Below the pieces are notes generated by a model. It was not told the origin of the DNA. It did not search any database and saw only the letters and a list, made by a program, of their open reading frames with translations. The position numbers and the translations under genes are program-made. DNA of 64,000 nucleotides from Octopus vulgaris (Eukaryota): assembly GCA_951406725.2 (NCBI GenBank), contig OX597818.1, forward strand, positions 26,226,001 to 26,290,000, in the 5' to 3' direction. Every line of letters starts with the position of its first letter. Position 1 is the first letter of the stretch. This document shows positions 26,953-41,544 of this stretch, one piece after another.

Positions 26953-27584
26953 GTAGGTTTGTATACTCAATAAGGAAAAATGCAATGCAATAATTCTTAT
27001 ATTATTTTGATCTGAAAGAATTATGTATCCAATTTTTCTCTCATTATATTTGCATTTTGTCATACTCATACAATTACATTGAACATCCAATGGAGCAGTC
27101 TATCTAGTTCATTCCTTTTTAATCTTCATAGGTCCTATGTATTCAAGACCCACATCTCACTAGCATTGCTGTTCATAACAACCATCATACAATTTGCTTT
27201 TTCAATCTGAGATAGATATTTCATTACTAATAGGCATAATAGCTCTGAACTTTCTCTATCCCCTTCTCATTCCAGTAACTCTTTCAGAAATCCTCCTTCC
27301 ACTGCTAATTTCGTCACTTAGTAACTATCTATTGCCTCAAGGGAACTTACTGAGCAGTCCAAAAGAATCTTATTTCCTGTGTATTTTTAGTGTTTATTGC
27401 TCCTGCACATCTGCTACATGTAATGCCTACTTTCTCCATTTAACCTCCCTGTGATTCCAATACATCTCTTGTGTATCCATAACTTGCACTGGGTAGACCA
27501 TATAGAATTTCTACCTACACCTTTCCTACATATCAAGGAAAGTCCTGTCTATTTCCCTGCTTACTAAGAATTTGGTCTTCGCCA

Positions 27585-28906
27585 ATCATCACTATCATCA
27601 TCATTTAACGTCTGTTTTCCATGCTGGCATGGGTTGGATAGTTTGACAGAGGTCTGAAAAGCCAGGCTGCACCAGGCTCCAGTTTGATCTGGTAACGTTT
27701 CTACAGCTGGATGCCCTTCCTAACGCCAACCACCCCGAGAGTGTAGTGGGTGCTTTTTATATACCACCTGCACAGGAGCCAGTCAGGCAACTGTGGCATT
27801 GATCACATTCAGAAAGTGATATTTACATGCACCAGCACGGAAGCCAGTCAGGTGGCCCTGGCATCGATCATATTTACGTGCCACTGGCACGAGAGCTAGT
27901 CAGGGGAACTAGCTTCAATCACATTCAGATGGTACTTTTTACATGTCACCAGCACAGGAGCCAGTCTGGGGGGACTGGCATCGACCACAATCGAATGGTG
28001 CATTTTACATGCCACCAGTATGGGAGCCAGTCAGGGGGCACTGGCCACAGCTGCAATTTTGGTTTTACTTGACTCAACAGGTCTTCTCAAGCATATCATG
28101 TCACCCAATGCATCAAGGGTACTTTTAAATGAGCCAGACATGCAACATTGGCATCGGCTATGGCTATGATCTCACTTTAGTTGCCAGGTCTTCTCAATCA
28201 CAGCATATCTTTAAAGGTCTCGGTCTCCTGTCACTGCCTCTGTGAGGCCCAATGTTTGAAGGCCATGCTTCACCACCTCATCCCATGTCTTCCTGGGTCA
28301 ACCTCTTTCACAGTTAGGGTGTGGCACTTCCTCACACAGCTGTCCACTTCCATATGCAACACATGACCATACCCAGGCAGTTGTCTCTCTTGTACACCAC
28401 ATTTGATGCTCCTCATATCCAACTTTTCTCTCAGGGCACTCACACTCTGTCGTGTATGTACACTAACATTACACATCCAGCGAATCATACTAGCTTAATT
28501 TCTTTCAAGTCTACGCATGTCCTAAACAGTCATGACCCATTTTTCACTGCCATATAGCATGGCAGTTCGCACACATGCATCATACAGTTTACCTTTCATT
28601 CTGACTGAGAGGCCCTTAGTTTCCAGCGGAGGTAGGAGCTCCCTGAACTTTGCTCAAGCTATTCTTATTCTAGCCACTACACTCTCAGAGCATCCACCCC
28701 CACTAGAGACTGGGTCACTTATGTAGCGGAAGCTATCAACTACTTCTAGTTTTTTCCCCTGGCATGTGATGGAATCTGTTTTCTGTACATCTTCAGTGTT
28801 TATTGCCATGTGCATCTGCCACACAAAAAAAAACTATCTTCTCAGTTAACCTTCCTTTGATATTGCTGCATCTTTTATGTGTCCATAACTTACACTGGGT
28901 ACATCG
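27585..28906 (-). mobile_element. RTE LINE 3' portion, decayed, nested in an older RTE (27440-27584, 28907-29213)
   Basis: (CAT)n tail at 27585, 3' UTR repeats, RT C-terminal homology; KAGKAPSPFGIIAEML in the flank. Confidence 0.88.
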
Positions 28907-29363
28907 TACCCACCTCATTTACTCCAATTCTGCTCTTAATTAATTTAGCTATAACTCTTCCTGTAACTTTCATGAGCTGGTCCAAGAATTTGATAACACT
29001 AATTACTTCTAAGGCATCTCCTTTACTCTTGTAAAATTTAGCTAAAATGCTAGTATACCAGTCTGGGTATGAAACCTCTTGTAAAACCTGATTAACTATA
29101 CCGATGACAATGCCATATCTTATTCTATCAGCTATATTAAGCATTTCAGCAATGATTCCAAATGGAGAAGGAGCTTTTCCTGCCTTCATATCTTTAGTTT
29201 CTTTATCTACCATAATAGATGAGGACAGTAACTTTTTTTATCATTTTTACAATTTTTTAAATTAAATTTATACTGTCAATGAAAGTTTGTGAAACTTAAA
29301 AGCAAAGAAAGAAATTGGTCTTTTTGTTTTCCTAAATAGTTTACTTTTTTTTCCATCTTTCAG

Positions 29364-29462
29364 ATTGTTATAGCTGATGCTGCCAACCATACTGAAATGT
29401 CAGTTGTACTACCACTATTACTGGATAACATCCAGAGTGTTTTTCTATTTACTACACCATGA
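29364..29462 (+). CDS. HELZ-like helicase, terminal coding exon (degenerate motif II)
   Basis: ctttcag|ATT; IVIADAANHTEMSVVLPLLLDNIQSVFLFTTP* parallels VIIDEAxQxxExxxLxPL; TGA at 29460-29462 followed by AT-rich UTR. Confidence 0.78.
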   Translation: MVIADAANHTEMSVVLPLLLDNIQSVFLFTTP

Positions 29463-29780
29463 TGAAATCATTTTATTCAAAATAATATATTATTTTGTTT
29501 CTTAATTCAATTTTCTATAAGTTTTCTTGAATATATTTTCATTTCTAAAAAAACATGAACTGATTAAATTATTATCTCTAAAAAGACCAAACTGATGTAT
29601 CTATTATAAAAGATGTCAGTCTTCTGGAATCAGTATTCAAATATTAATATTATTTTTACATCTTGAAAAACTCTTCAATTTTATTATACATTTGTAGAAT
29701 GAGTAATATCATTAATGGTAAAGGAAATATTCTAAATGTGAAACATTTTTAAAAACTGAATTTTACCCCTATTTTAAAAC

Positions 29781-29786
29781 AATAAA
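29781..29786 (+). terminator. candidate polyadenylation signal of helicase gene
   Basis: AATAAA ~320 nt after the stop (another at 29873-29878); region is AT-rich so chance match is possible. Confidence 0.35.
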
Positions 29787-29984
29787 ATGTTTGGAACAAA
29801 ATTTCAATCCATTCTCAAAATATTCACTGGTGTTTGAAACTTTTTCAAAATTTTAAAATGTTAAACAATGGAAATAAAATTTTTAAATAATCATTTCTTT
29901 CCATATCTACCCATACTCAGTGTGAAAGTTCAAGCATCTCTATGACTTTTTGAGATAAGTTTTATACTTTCAGTCAAATAAGTA

Positions 29985-31253
29985 CGAGGGGCGTTCAATA
30001 AGTAATGCCCCTGACCCACTTCCCATAGCAGTAGAACAACGAAACTTGGCACAGTTATTAGTCTTTTTCTACATAGGAACCACCCAGAGTTACGCATTTC
30101 TCCCATCGTTTGATGCGGCTCTGGAGACCGTTTTTGTAGAAGAACCCAGCTTGGTCCTCCAACCTCAACGTGACTTCAGAAATCAAGGCTGCATCATCTG
30201 GGAAACGCTTTCCTTTCAAAAGCAACTTCATGATTGGGAAGAGGTGAAAATCAGAGGGTGCAAGGTCAAGAAAGTAGGGGGATGGGGAGGAGTTCATAGC
30301 CATACGCCTGTGCTTATGATCTGGCGACAAGCGAGTTGTGGACCGGAGCGTTGTCCTGCAGGAGGAGGATGCCTTTGCTGATCTTGCCCCGCCTCTTGAT
30401 TTTGATAACTTCTCTTAATTTCCTCAAAAGTGAAGCATAATAGGCTCCTGCAATTGTGGTACCCTTTGCCAGGAAATCTGTCATCACTACTCCGTCCTGG
30501 TCCCAGAAGACTGTGAGCATGACCTTGCCAGCGGAGGGCTGCACCCTTGCCTTCTTTGGAGGGGGTGAGTCACGGTGCTTCCACTGCATTGACTGGGCTT
30601 TGGTCTCTGGATCATCGTGATGGACCCAGGTTTCATCCTGTGTAATCAGTCTTTTGAAAAATTTTGACTCATCTTCTTGTCACATCTCCAAATTCACCCT
30701 CGAGCACTCAACACGTTCTTGCTTCTGGAAAGGCGTGAGCAACCTGGGAATCCATCTGGCAGACACCTTTTGCATATGCAAATGGTCATGAATGATAGTT
30801 TCCACAGACCCGGTACTAATCTTGACCTCATGGGCTATTTGGCGAATGATTATGCGTTGATCTTCCAAAATAGCAGCCTCATCAATGGCAGAAGGGGGCG
30901 ACCAGATCTGGGAGCTGTTTCCACAGAGTTCCGACCATGTTTGAATTCACGATGCCAGCATTTTACAAGCTCATATGATGGGGCATCATCACCATAAGTT
31001 ACTTTCATTTCATCAAAAGTCTCCCGTGGTGTGTGTCCTTTCAAATACAAAAACCGGAGCACTGCTCGACACTCAACAGGCTCCATTTCACACTTGACTC
31101 GGTTCAAACACCTGTAAATCAGAAACCACAATTAATTCAGAGCTGTAATTTGCTACTTACTCTATAGAGATATAAATGATTGCACATGCAAAATTTCAGC
31201 TAGATCAAACAACTGCAAGTGGGTCAGAGGCATTACTTATTGAACGTCCCTCG
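29985..31253 (-). mobile_element. full-length mariner with frameshifted transposase
   Basis: ~37-bp TIRs CGAGGGGCGTTCAATAAGTAATGCCCCTGACCCACTT, TA TSD; WIPRLL, QDETW, LQDNAPVH, DLAPSDFHLF; lies between the two 3' ends. Confidence 0.96.
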
Positions 31254-31255
31254 TA

Positions 31256-31621
31256 CCTGTTTTCTGAATAGAGAAGTAATGTGGAAGAGAGAGACCCAGG
31301 TAGATATGGAATGAAGTACTGAAAGCCGATCTCAAAATGCTGAACCTTGTGAAGGAGATGGCAGAAGACCAAGATATGTGGCACATAGCTGTACTCAAGA
31401 AGACCTGACCACCACAACAGAATTGAGATCCTAAGACCAAGGTGCCATGTAAAAAGCACTCAGTACTCTCAGTAAAGTGGTTAGCATTAGGAAGGGCTTC
31501 CAGCCATAGAAACAAAGCCAAAACAGGCTTATGTAACCTGGTGCAGCCCTTGGCCCTGCCAGTTCCTGTCAAGCTGTCCAATGCATGCCAGCATGGAAAA
31601 TGAACATTAGATGATGATGAA
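31256..31621 (+). mobile_element. RTE LINE 3' end, decayed
   Basis: homology to RTE ORF end plus CATGCCAGCATGGAAAA..(GAT)n tail. Confidence 0.8.
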
Positions 31622-31780
31622 TGTATTGCATTCAATGACTATAAAATAGATTAAACTCATAATTTTATACTGTCAAACTTTAAACATAGTCACCTCTTAC
31701 CTACTTTGTGACTATACTACATTTTAAAAACAACAATGAATATTTTCTTTAAAAAGAATACAATAAACTTAATCGAAAAA

Positions 31781-31786
31781 TTTATT
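31781..31786 (-). terminator. candidate polyadenylation signal of SEL1L
   Basis: AATAAA on minus strand ~72 nt after the stop. Confidence 0.4.
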
Positions 31787-31857
31787 TACACATATATTTA
31801 CAATATCCTCAAATAAATTTTGTCCATCATATAGAAAAGACATGAGCAAAAGCAATG

Positions 31858-32001
31858 TTATGCTGCTTGTCCCATTTGTCGTCGTAACAAAATGACCAGC
31901 CCTAGTAAAACAGCAAGAAATGTTATTACATAAAGATCCCAGTCTGGGCCTAAATACAATTGAGGATTTAGTTTTTTTAGAAAATCCTTGTAGAATTCCA
32001 T
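31858..32001 (-). CDS. SEL1L: SEL1L terminal exon with transmembrane helix
   Basis: ttgcag|ATG; ...LGPDWDLYVITFLAVLLGLVILLRRQMGQAA*; TAA at 31858-31860. Confidence 0.93.
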   Translation of the reverse strand: MEFYKDFLKKLNPQLYLGPDWDLYVITFLAVLLGLVILLRRQMGQAA

Positions 32002-32280
32002 CTGCAATGAGAAAGAAAGAAACTTTTAAGAAGGATTGATAAGAATAAGATAAATTACATTCTGTTGTATATTAAAGAAATTGGCATGTCACAGTATCAA
32101 ATTTAGTCATTTGTTTTTCCATATTTGCATCAGGCAGACTTTCTACAACTGAATGTCTTTCCTGTTTCCAAACTAGATAATATTTTCCCCTGGCTGGACA
32201 TGTTTTTACAGAAGACAGGAAATGAAGGACACTACTTGTATGACAGCAATCACAAGATAAGGAGACACAAATACATACAC

Positions 32281-32328
<48 letters not shown>

Positions 32329-32339
32329 TTATACATATA

Positions 32340-33126
32340 CAAGGTATTCAGGCTAATTTGATGATTTTTATTTGCCTCCTTTTTTTTTAAGGAACAGTTT
32401 GATGTATTGGCAAACTGCATAAAGATTAAAGGTGTAATTGAGAAAAAATTAGTTCACATGGAAGACAGGAAGCCATCTTAATTCTAGAGAAGTGTTACCT
32501 CTATCATGATGATTCGTGCTGGACATCAAAATGCCGACATCATGACTGCTGCTCAATGCTCTATAAAGGCTGTAAGATGTAATATGGACATCATGAAAAC
32601 TAACTTCCCCAAAACTGTGATGGTGTTTCAGAGTGTTACTAGTGATAGTTATGTCATGCCACCCCATATCTTTGAACAGGGCCTCTATTAAGCTGCTGGG
32701 AGAACATAGGTGTGACAGCAGGATTTGGCTCCCTTACCATACCTCCAGAAAGAGTCACAAGTGTCCAGAGAATTTCTACAATTTCACCAACCTCAATTTC
32801 TAGCCTCCTGATTGTAATCCCATGGATTACTATGTGGGGTGTGGTTGAAAGACACTGGCCACTCTGCCTGCAACACTGAGCTGGTAGCCAAGATCAAGGT
32901 GTTTGAAGATCTTGCTATGGACGCAGTGAGGAACACATGCACTAGGTTCTGGAGCTGATTTGAGGCCACAGTGGAAGCTGAAGGTAGCTACTTTGAGTAA
33001 ATTGTTATCTCTCAGCTATAATTTAGTTGATATATAATTTTTTTTTCTAAACACTTATAATGTTTGGATGAGATATTGTTTTCTTTTCCTTTTACACAAA
33101 CTGTTAAATTTAGCCAAAACACCTTG
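32340..33126 (+). mobile_element. decayed Tc1/mariner-superfamily element (maT/DD37D-like)
   Basis: imperfect TIRs CAAGGTATTCAGGCTAATTTGA / TTAAATTTAGCCAAAACACCTTG; remnants VMPPHIFEQGL, QQDLAP, PDCNPMDYYVWG. Confidence 0.7.
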
Positions 33127-33569
33127 GATTTTTTCCGTTTCTTTCTACCAAATCCACTCACAAGGCTTTGGTCAGCCTGGAGCTATAACAGAAAACAGTG
33201 GGACTGAACACAAAAACATGGTTGCAAAGCAAATTTCTTAACCACACCCAATACATTGCTGTATTCATTTTGAAAATATCTGCTTACTCAGCAGAATTGA
33301 GTAAGCAAATATCTTCAAAATGAATGCAGTAACAGTGAAAGTAGAAAATACAAAGACCTGCCAGTCAGGAAAGCGAAGAAAAAAAATCTAGGTTCTCATA
33401 CTCTTATACTGCACTGTTTTCTTAAAAATAGTCACACCATTGAAAATTTCAAACCTACAGAGTAATGCATGATTAATCATAATGTAAAAAATATTATGTC
33501 TGACAAAGTAATCTGAATGCTAAAGGGTTAAAATGATGGTTTTGATGATGCAACTGAAAACTTGTGACT

Positions 33570-33925
33570 AAGCTTGCTTCCCAGCCACATGGTTCCAGGC
33601 TCAGTCCCACTAAGTGGCAACTTGGGCAAGTGCCTTCTATAGCCTCAGGCTGACCAAAGCCTTGTGAGTGGATTTGGTAGATAGAAACCGAAGAAAGCCC
33701 ATCGTATATATATTTATGTGTGTGTGTTTGTCCCCACCACCATTGCTTGACAACTAATGTTGGTGCATTTATGTCCCCCGTAACTTAGCAATTCAGCAAA
33801 AGAGACTGATAGAATAAGTACTAGGCTTACAAAGAATAAGTCCTGGGGTCGATTTCTTTGTCTAAAACCCTTTGAAGTGATGCTCCAGCATGGCCACAGT
33901 CAAATGATTGAAACATGTAAAAGAA
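33570..33925 (+). mobile_element. SINE family B
   Basis: similar to 4710-5095; an opposite-strand decayed copy sits at 33130-33250. Confidence 0.8.
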
Positions 33926-34124
33926 TAATTATTCTATCCCATAAAATCACTTAACAGTTTCCTTTGAAAATAAATTGTATAAATGCTTTCATAATCTAGT
34001 ACATATGAACAAAATTTAAAAACAAGAATCTCAACAATTTTACATTTCTTATTAACACTCAAAATGAAAAATAACCTGTAAATGGAAAGGAAATAGAAGA
34101 AAAATAATCATTCTGAACCTACTA

Positions 34125-35520
<1,396 letters not shown>

Positions 35521-35591
35521 CTAGTAACACATAAAAGAAATGAAAATCAATTCTAGTAGTTTCTTTAATAATAATACAAGGCATTATTTTA

Positions 35592-35867
<276 letters not shown>

Positions 35868-36367
35868 TTATCCTAAGATCATAATACATATTCAAAATCT
35901 ATAATCTGCAACAATTTCCTTTACACTAAAATAGCTTATTCAGTTTCATTATCGAACTGTTGCCATTCAAAGACATTGCTTTCAAGAATTTTAATTAAGT
36001 TAATTGATTCAGTAATTTTCATCTACTTATGGTTCAGTGGTTAGAGTGTCAGGCTCACAATTATGAGGTAGTGACTGCTGGTCTTCCATAAACAACCTTG
36101 CCTAGACTTGTACCTTGGAGGGGAACTTTCTAGGTGCAATCCCATGGTCATTCAAGACACCCCAACAGGATTTTGCACAGTTTCCTTCTAAACTTTACTC
36201 AGAAGGTTTATAGTGGATGATGCTTGCCCAAGGTATTCAGTGGAATCAAACCTGGAACCACATGGTTGTGATTCAAACTTTTTACCTATACAGTCATGCC
36301 TCTGCTTGTTATGTTAAAAAGAAAATACAAAACTACTACTATAAATTATTATATTACCATATATAAA

Positions 36368-36580
36368 GGTGGCGAGCTGGCAGAATCATTAGCATGCTGG
36401 GCAAAATGCTAAGCAGCATTTCCTCCGTCTTTATGTTCTGAGTTCAAATTCTACCCCAGTCGACTTTCCTTTCATTCTTCCGGGGTTGATAAAATAAGTA
36501 CCAGTTGAACACTGGGGTCAAAGTAATCAACTTATCCCTGCTCCTGAAGTTGCTGGTCTTGTGCCAAAATTTAAAATCAA
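36368..36580 (+). mobile_element. SINE family A with TSD
   Basis: TATTACCATATATAAA / TATTACCACATTTAAA flanks. Confidence 0.85.
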
Positions 36581-37009
36581 TATTACCACATTTAAAAATA
36601 TTCTGTGAGATAAGTTGTATATAAATTATACATCAGTTTTGATTTGGTATTGGGACCAAAGATTATAAAAAGATACTTCCATAAATTTTCTTCTATCTAC
36701 AAAACAATATTTTTTTTAATTCTTGTACAACAAAAATAGCCCAGAAGTTATTTTAAATAGTAATGAGTCCTGATGGAATTTATATTGAAAATCAGATGCA
36801 ATAAACTCCAACTATGGTTTACTATTAGCATAAACACCAAATGTTTATCACAACATGCAATAAGAATGTTTCAGAGAGGAGGTGGTGACATAGTCAATGG
36901 ACACAACCTAATATATGACTGATATTTGTTTCATCTAATCTAAATGGCTGAATTTTCATTCAGAACATAAAAATTTAATCTGGCAAATGTTAGTATAAAT
37001 ATAATTTAC

Positions 37010-37084
37010 CTTGGGAAGCAGCTCGAGTCCACTGCAAGAGAGCTCGTTTATTGGTTTCTTGCTTTAAAAACATCATACTTTCAC
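37010..37084 (-). CDS. SEL1L: SEL1L exon
   Basis: ttgaag|GT...G|gtaaat; GESMMFLKQETNKRALLQWTRAASQ. Confidence 0.93.
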
Positions 37085-37821
37085 CTTCAAAAAACAAACA
37101 TTACTTGATTATTAAAATATCTAACACTTACTAAGTGTGTTTAGAAAGGAGGGAATTTCACCATACTCTATCTATTTTTACTCTATGGCATCTTATTGTG
37201 ACACATACCAAACTGTCCTTCACAGACAGTTGGTTTAGTATCAACTACAAAAAAATAATTCCCTAAAGTTTTCATCTACAGCCACAAGAGAAAGTACAAT
37301 AATCTGATAAACAAACCCACAGCCACAGTCTTCAAACTTAACAAGTAATGGAGCAATTTGCACTATTTTATTCTGTTATAATAATGGGCACTGTTCCACT
37401 CATTTTACATGCTCACATTATTTTACTTTCTAAGGTCCAGACTAAGAACTTCCAATATTTCATCCTTAATACTGTACATCACTTCAACCTAATCTTACCG
37501 ATTTTGGGAGAGGAGGTATACTTAAATAATTATACCTATGGTCCTAAATTAGTCAGACATTATATATTCAGAATAACAAGTTTTTAAGTTGCCACTAATT
37601 CTTCAGTCTTTATCTTTCATTCCTCATGGCATTTTGCCATGAAGAATGAAAAATAAATCAACTGCAAAGGACAAAACCAAAAGAATTTATTCAGAGCACT
37701 ACTGTAACATATTCCAGTTTCAAACCACATCACCTTAATTCCAGCCCAAAGAAAAGATTCATATATCAATGAGATATGCTGTGACAGATGAAATGTTGCT
37801 TATGGATAATGCAGGAATATA

Positions 37822-37866
<45 letters not shown>

Positions 37867-37889
37867 ACACAAACACACACATACACAAA

Positions 37890-38990
37890 TCATCACCATC
37901 AACATCAGTTCCATGAAAAGTAGATCAGTTGAGATTGTGGAGATGCTGCAACAAAAGCAAGTGGATGTGAATTGTGTGCAAGAAAATGGAAAGGTGGCTT
38001 CAACCAAACTACTCATGGGTAAAGAACAAAAGTACAACGTTTTGGGGATGGGTAACAGAGGTGTAAGGTCAAATTCTTCAGGATGGGTAACAGAGGATAG
38101 GTAGATTAGACATATTGCTAATAGGGGAATGGATAGATGAGGTAACTGTGGTTTGTAGAGTTTGTGATGGCCTAAGGTAGTCTTGGATAACATAGCAACA
38201 TTTTTCTCTGCTTATTACTCTACAGTCAGGTCTGACTGAGAAACAGGATCACTTTCATAAGATCTTTCTGCAGATCACCTCAAAAATTAATGGCAGCAAC
38301 CTCACTACTATGCAGCAATACCAACTTTAAGAAAGCAGCCAGTTAGCTAAACATCTACTAATTGGAGAAACACAAGCCAGATAGACTTTGCACTCACCAG
38401 GAAAAGGGATAAAGAGTGAACACTGGGTCTATCCCTACTGAAGAAGAGACTAATGGTTAGTGACTTAAGAATAAGAGCTCAATATAACAAGAGGCAGCTA
38501 TCTGGAGACAGAGGACATGCAAGTTGGAAGAGCTAACAACCAGCAGTAGGTTCAGAGATACATTAATTGATGCATAGGACAAGATAAAAGAAGAGAAAAT
38601 TATAGCATAAAACACAGCTGGAATTTCTACAAGACAACCTACTGAAGGTGATAGAGCAATTTTGTAGTAGGTGCTAAGTCCCAACCGAAAAGAGTGATAT
38701 GGTTGTGGAATAGCTTTATAGTCATGAAGGGTAAGAGATTGGCCTGGAAAAATTGGAAGAAAAGGGGCAGCAAAGAGAAATGGCTAGGTGTCAGACATAC
38801 TTACCAAAGTGAGAAGACAAAAGTAAAGATCAGAGGTGTAAGGTATTCCAAATTGTAAGGGAATTTATGAGAAAAAAATTCAAAACATTTTTGAAGTGTG
38901 TATGGAATGATTAATTGTGCTCTTGCTCTTACAATGAAGAGTTGTTGAATGAGGGAATGTATAGGAAGGAGAAAGAAAGTCTGCCTCAAG
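37890..38990 (+). mobile_element. old RTE LINE fragment (AP endonuclease region)
   Basis: TINISSMKSRSVEIVEMLQQKQVDVNCVQE resembles the APE N-terminus; rest highly decayed. Confidence 0.65.
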
Positions 38991-40785
38991 TAAAAGGTAC
39001 AGAGAGAGACTAGCCATTCATCATCATCATTTAACATCTATTGTCCATCCATGCTGGCATGGGTTGGATGGTTTGACCAGAGCTGGGAAGCTGCACCACA
39101 CTCCAGTCTGATTTGGCATGGTTTCTATGGCTGATATCCCTCTGAATGCCAACCTCTGTACAGAGTGTGCTGGGTGCTTTTCATGTTCACAGTAATATGG
39201 TGGATAAAACAATTGCAGATTTGAAAGCACAAGAAGCACTCAGTCCATCAAAAATACCACCGAAATGCTTAAAATGTTTCCAAGGCATGGGCTAGTACCC
39301 ACATAGCAAATCAAGTATCGCAGGAGGGGATCATATCCAGTTACTGACAGATACAGTATCAACTGCTGCAAGAGTCTAACTAGGGATGTCACAGGACCTA
39401 TCTGACCTCATCTTCCCAACATTCACTTCCACTTTCTCATCCACATTCCCTAGCTCTCTTGCCCAATCTCAAGAACATGAATAAAAAGATCACAGCAGAT
39501 ATGCATGCTCACAATCACTCTACAATCACTCCTATTCTACTTGCCTGTTATCTCAGCCACCTGGTACCGACATACAACAATCACTCATCATGTATCTATT
39601 TCTATTACTGGCCATCCCTCTGCCACCCTCTTATCCTAATCATTCTGTTTTGACCAGCATATTCTTGCTCACACTGCTCTTCTATTCACCTACTCAGCCA
39701 CATAACTCTTAGTGAACAAATTCTTTATAGGAAAGTGAGGAATCTCTAATCGTCAGAAACACAAGACAACCTCACTAATGCTGATGCTGCTATAAATCTT
39801 CCCAGGATGCTCTGTACGGTGATTGATGAGGATATAGCAACTTGATACATTCTGTAATGTGGAAGGACATCCAACCATAGAAAGCAAACCATCCTCCAAC
39901 TCATATAGAAAGAATATTATTCTGAATAAGAACGGACCCAAATCACAATGACTTGTCCATGCCATGTGAGCATGGAAATCAGATGTAAAACAGCAGTAGT
40001 GGTAGTAAACTAAAACTCATAAAACACACGACTGGCCAGTTAACATTATCATCAGTTAACATCTGTTCAGATGGAAAGAAATCGAACCTTCAGAAATTGT
40101 TGAAAAGATGCCTAAGTAACAAAGCCAATTACTAATTGTAGCTATTTAAACTTACACTAACAACTGATTTAAACCAATTTTACTGATATTCATGTGGAGA
40201 AAATTTTTAGTAGTTTTGCTGTTAAAGTTTTGAATACTTGTTAATTGTATACATATATATTCACATATAACTGTTTTACTTCATTTTATTATTTATATTT
40301 GCATTATAGTTCAGTGAAAATTTCATAGCATATGAAAAATTTAAAAATCACACATTTCAAGCAAATAAAATTATTTCTATAGCATAATTTCATTGTAAAA
40401 ATCATACAGAACTTTTCCTAAAATTGGAAGTGTTTATCCACAAGATGTGTTTATTAGCAATTCTCTTTAAAAATCATCTTGAGTTAGAAGAAGGCACAGT
40501 TTGTTCTGTAATTCAGTTTTGAGGTACAAGGAAGTCATAAAGTTTTAAGAAGTAATGGATTCAACTTCTGTTAGCATCAGTCATGTTAGTTATTATGCCA
40601 TGTATGCCTGGGTATCTAAAGAAATCTTTCAGTCACAAGAATTCTTCATTTTATTAGAATATGACTTCTACATATATAAAATAGAATACCTTTTAATGCA
40701 AAATTCTAAAATTTTAAAACTTTCATAGTAAAATCTGAAATTCACGAAGCATTCTCACACCGGAATTTTTCTTTTAAAGTCATCA

Positions 40786-41115
<330 letters not shown>

Positions 41116-41544
41116 CTAAAAATTAGAAATACTTAACACTAAGAAAACAGCTAAAAATAATGATATTTTGTAGATGTACAGAATTACAAAAAAAAAAAAA
41201 AGAGTTCTGCTAATGTTAATATGGAAAAATTGGTAGGTAAATAAATAATATAAAAACCCAAAGCATTTTATAGCATGTTTGTAATCCCTTCAAACTCCTA
41301 AACCATCTAAAATGCAATGGACACTACTGCTCACCCAATATACTAAATATTTAAATGTGATTGATATGGTCAATTAAATCAACCCCAGTACTGACCACAA
41401 AATTATTGTATTGGTCTTGGAGAGATAAAAGGCAGTCAGCCCCAGTAGGAGTTAAGCTTAGAAGAAGAAGGTTTGAAACCCAAAACAATAAAGCATTTAG
41501 TCTAGTGTTCCACTGTCTTTACAACTGATAAATAGACAAATAAA

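Noticed and set aside
2975-29462. Assigning symbol HELZ or HELZ2
   Set aside because: Family is clear, but orthology cannot be decided without the N-terminus and a phylogeny.
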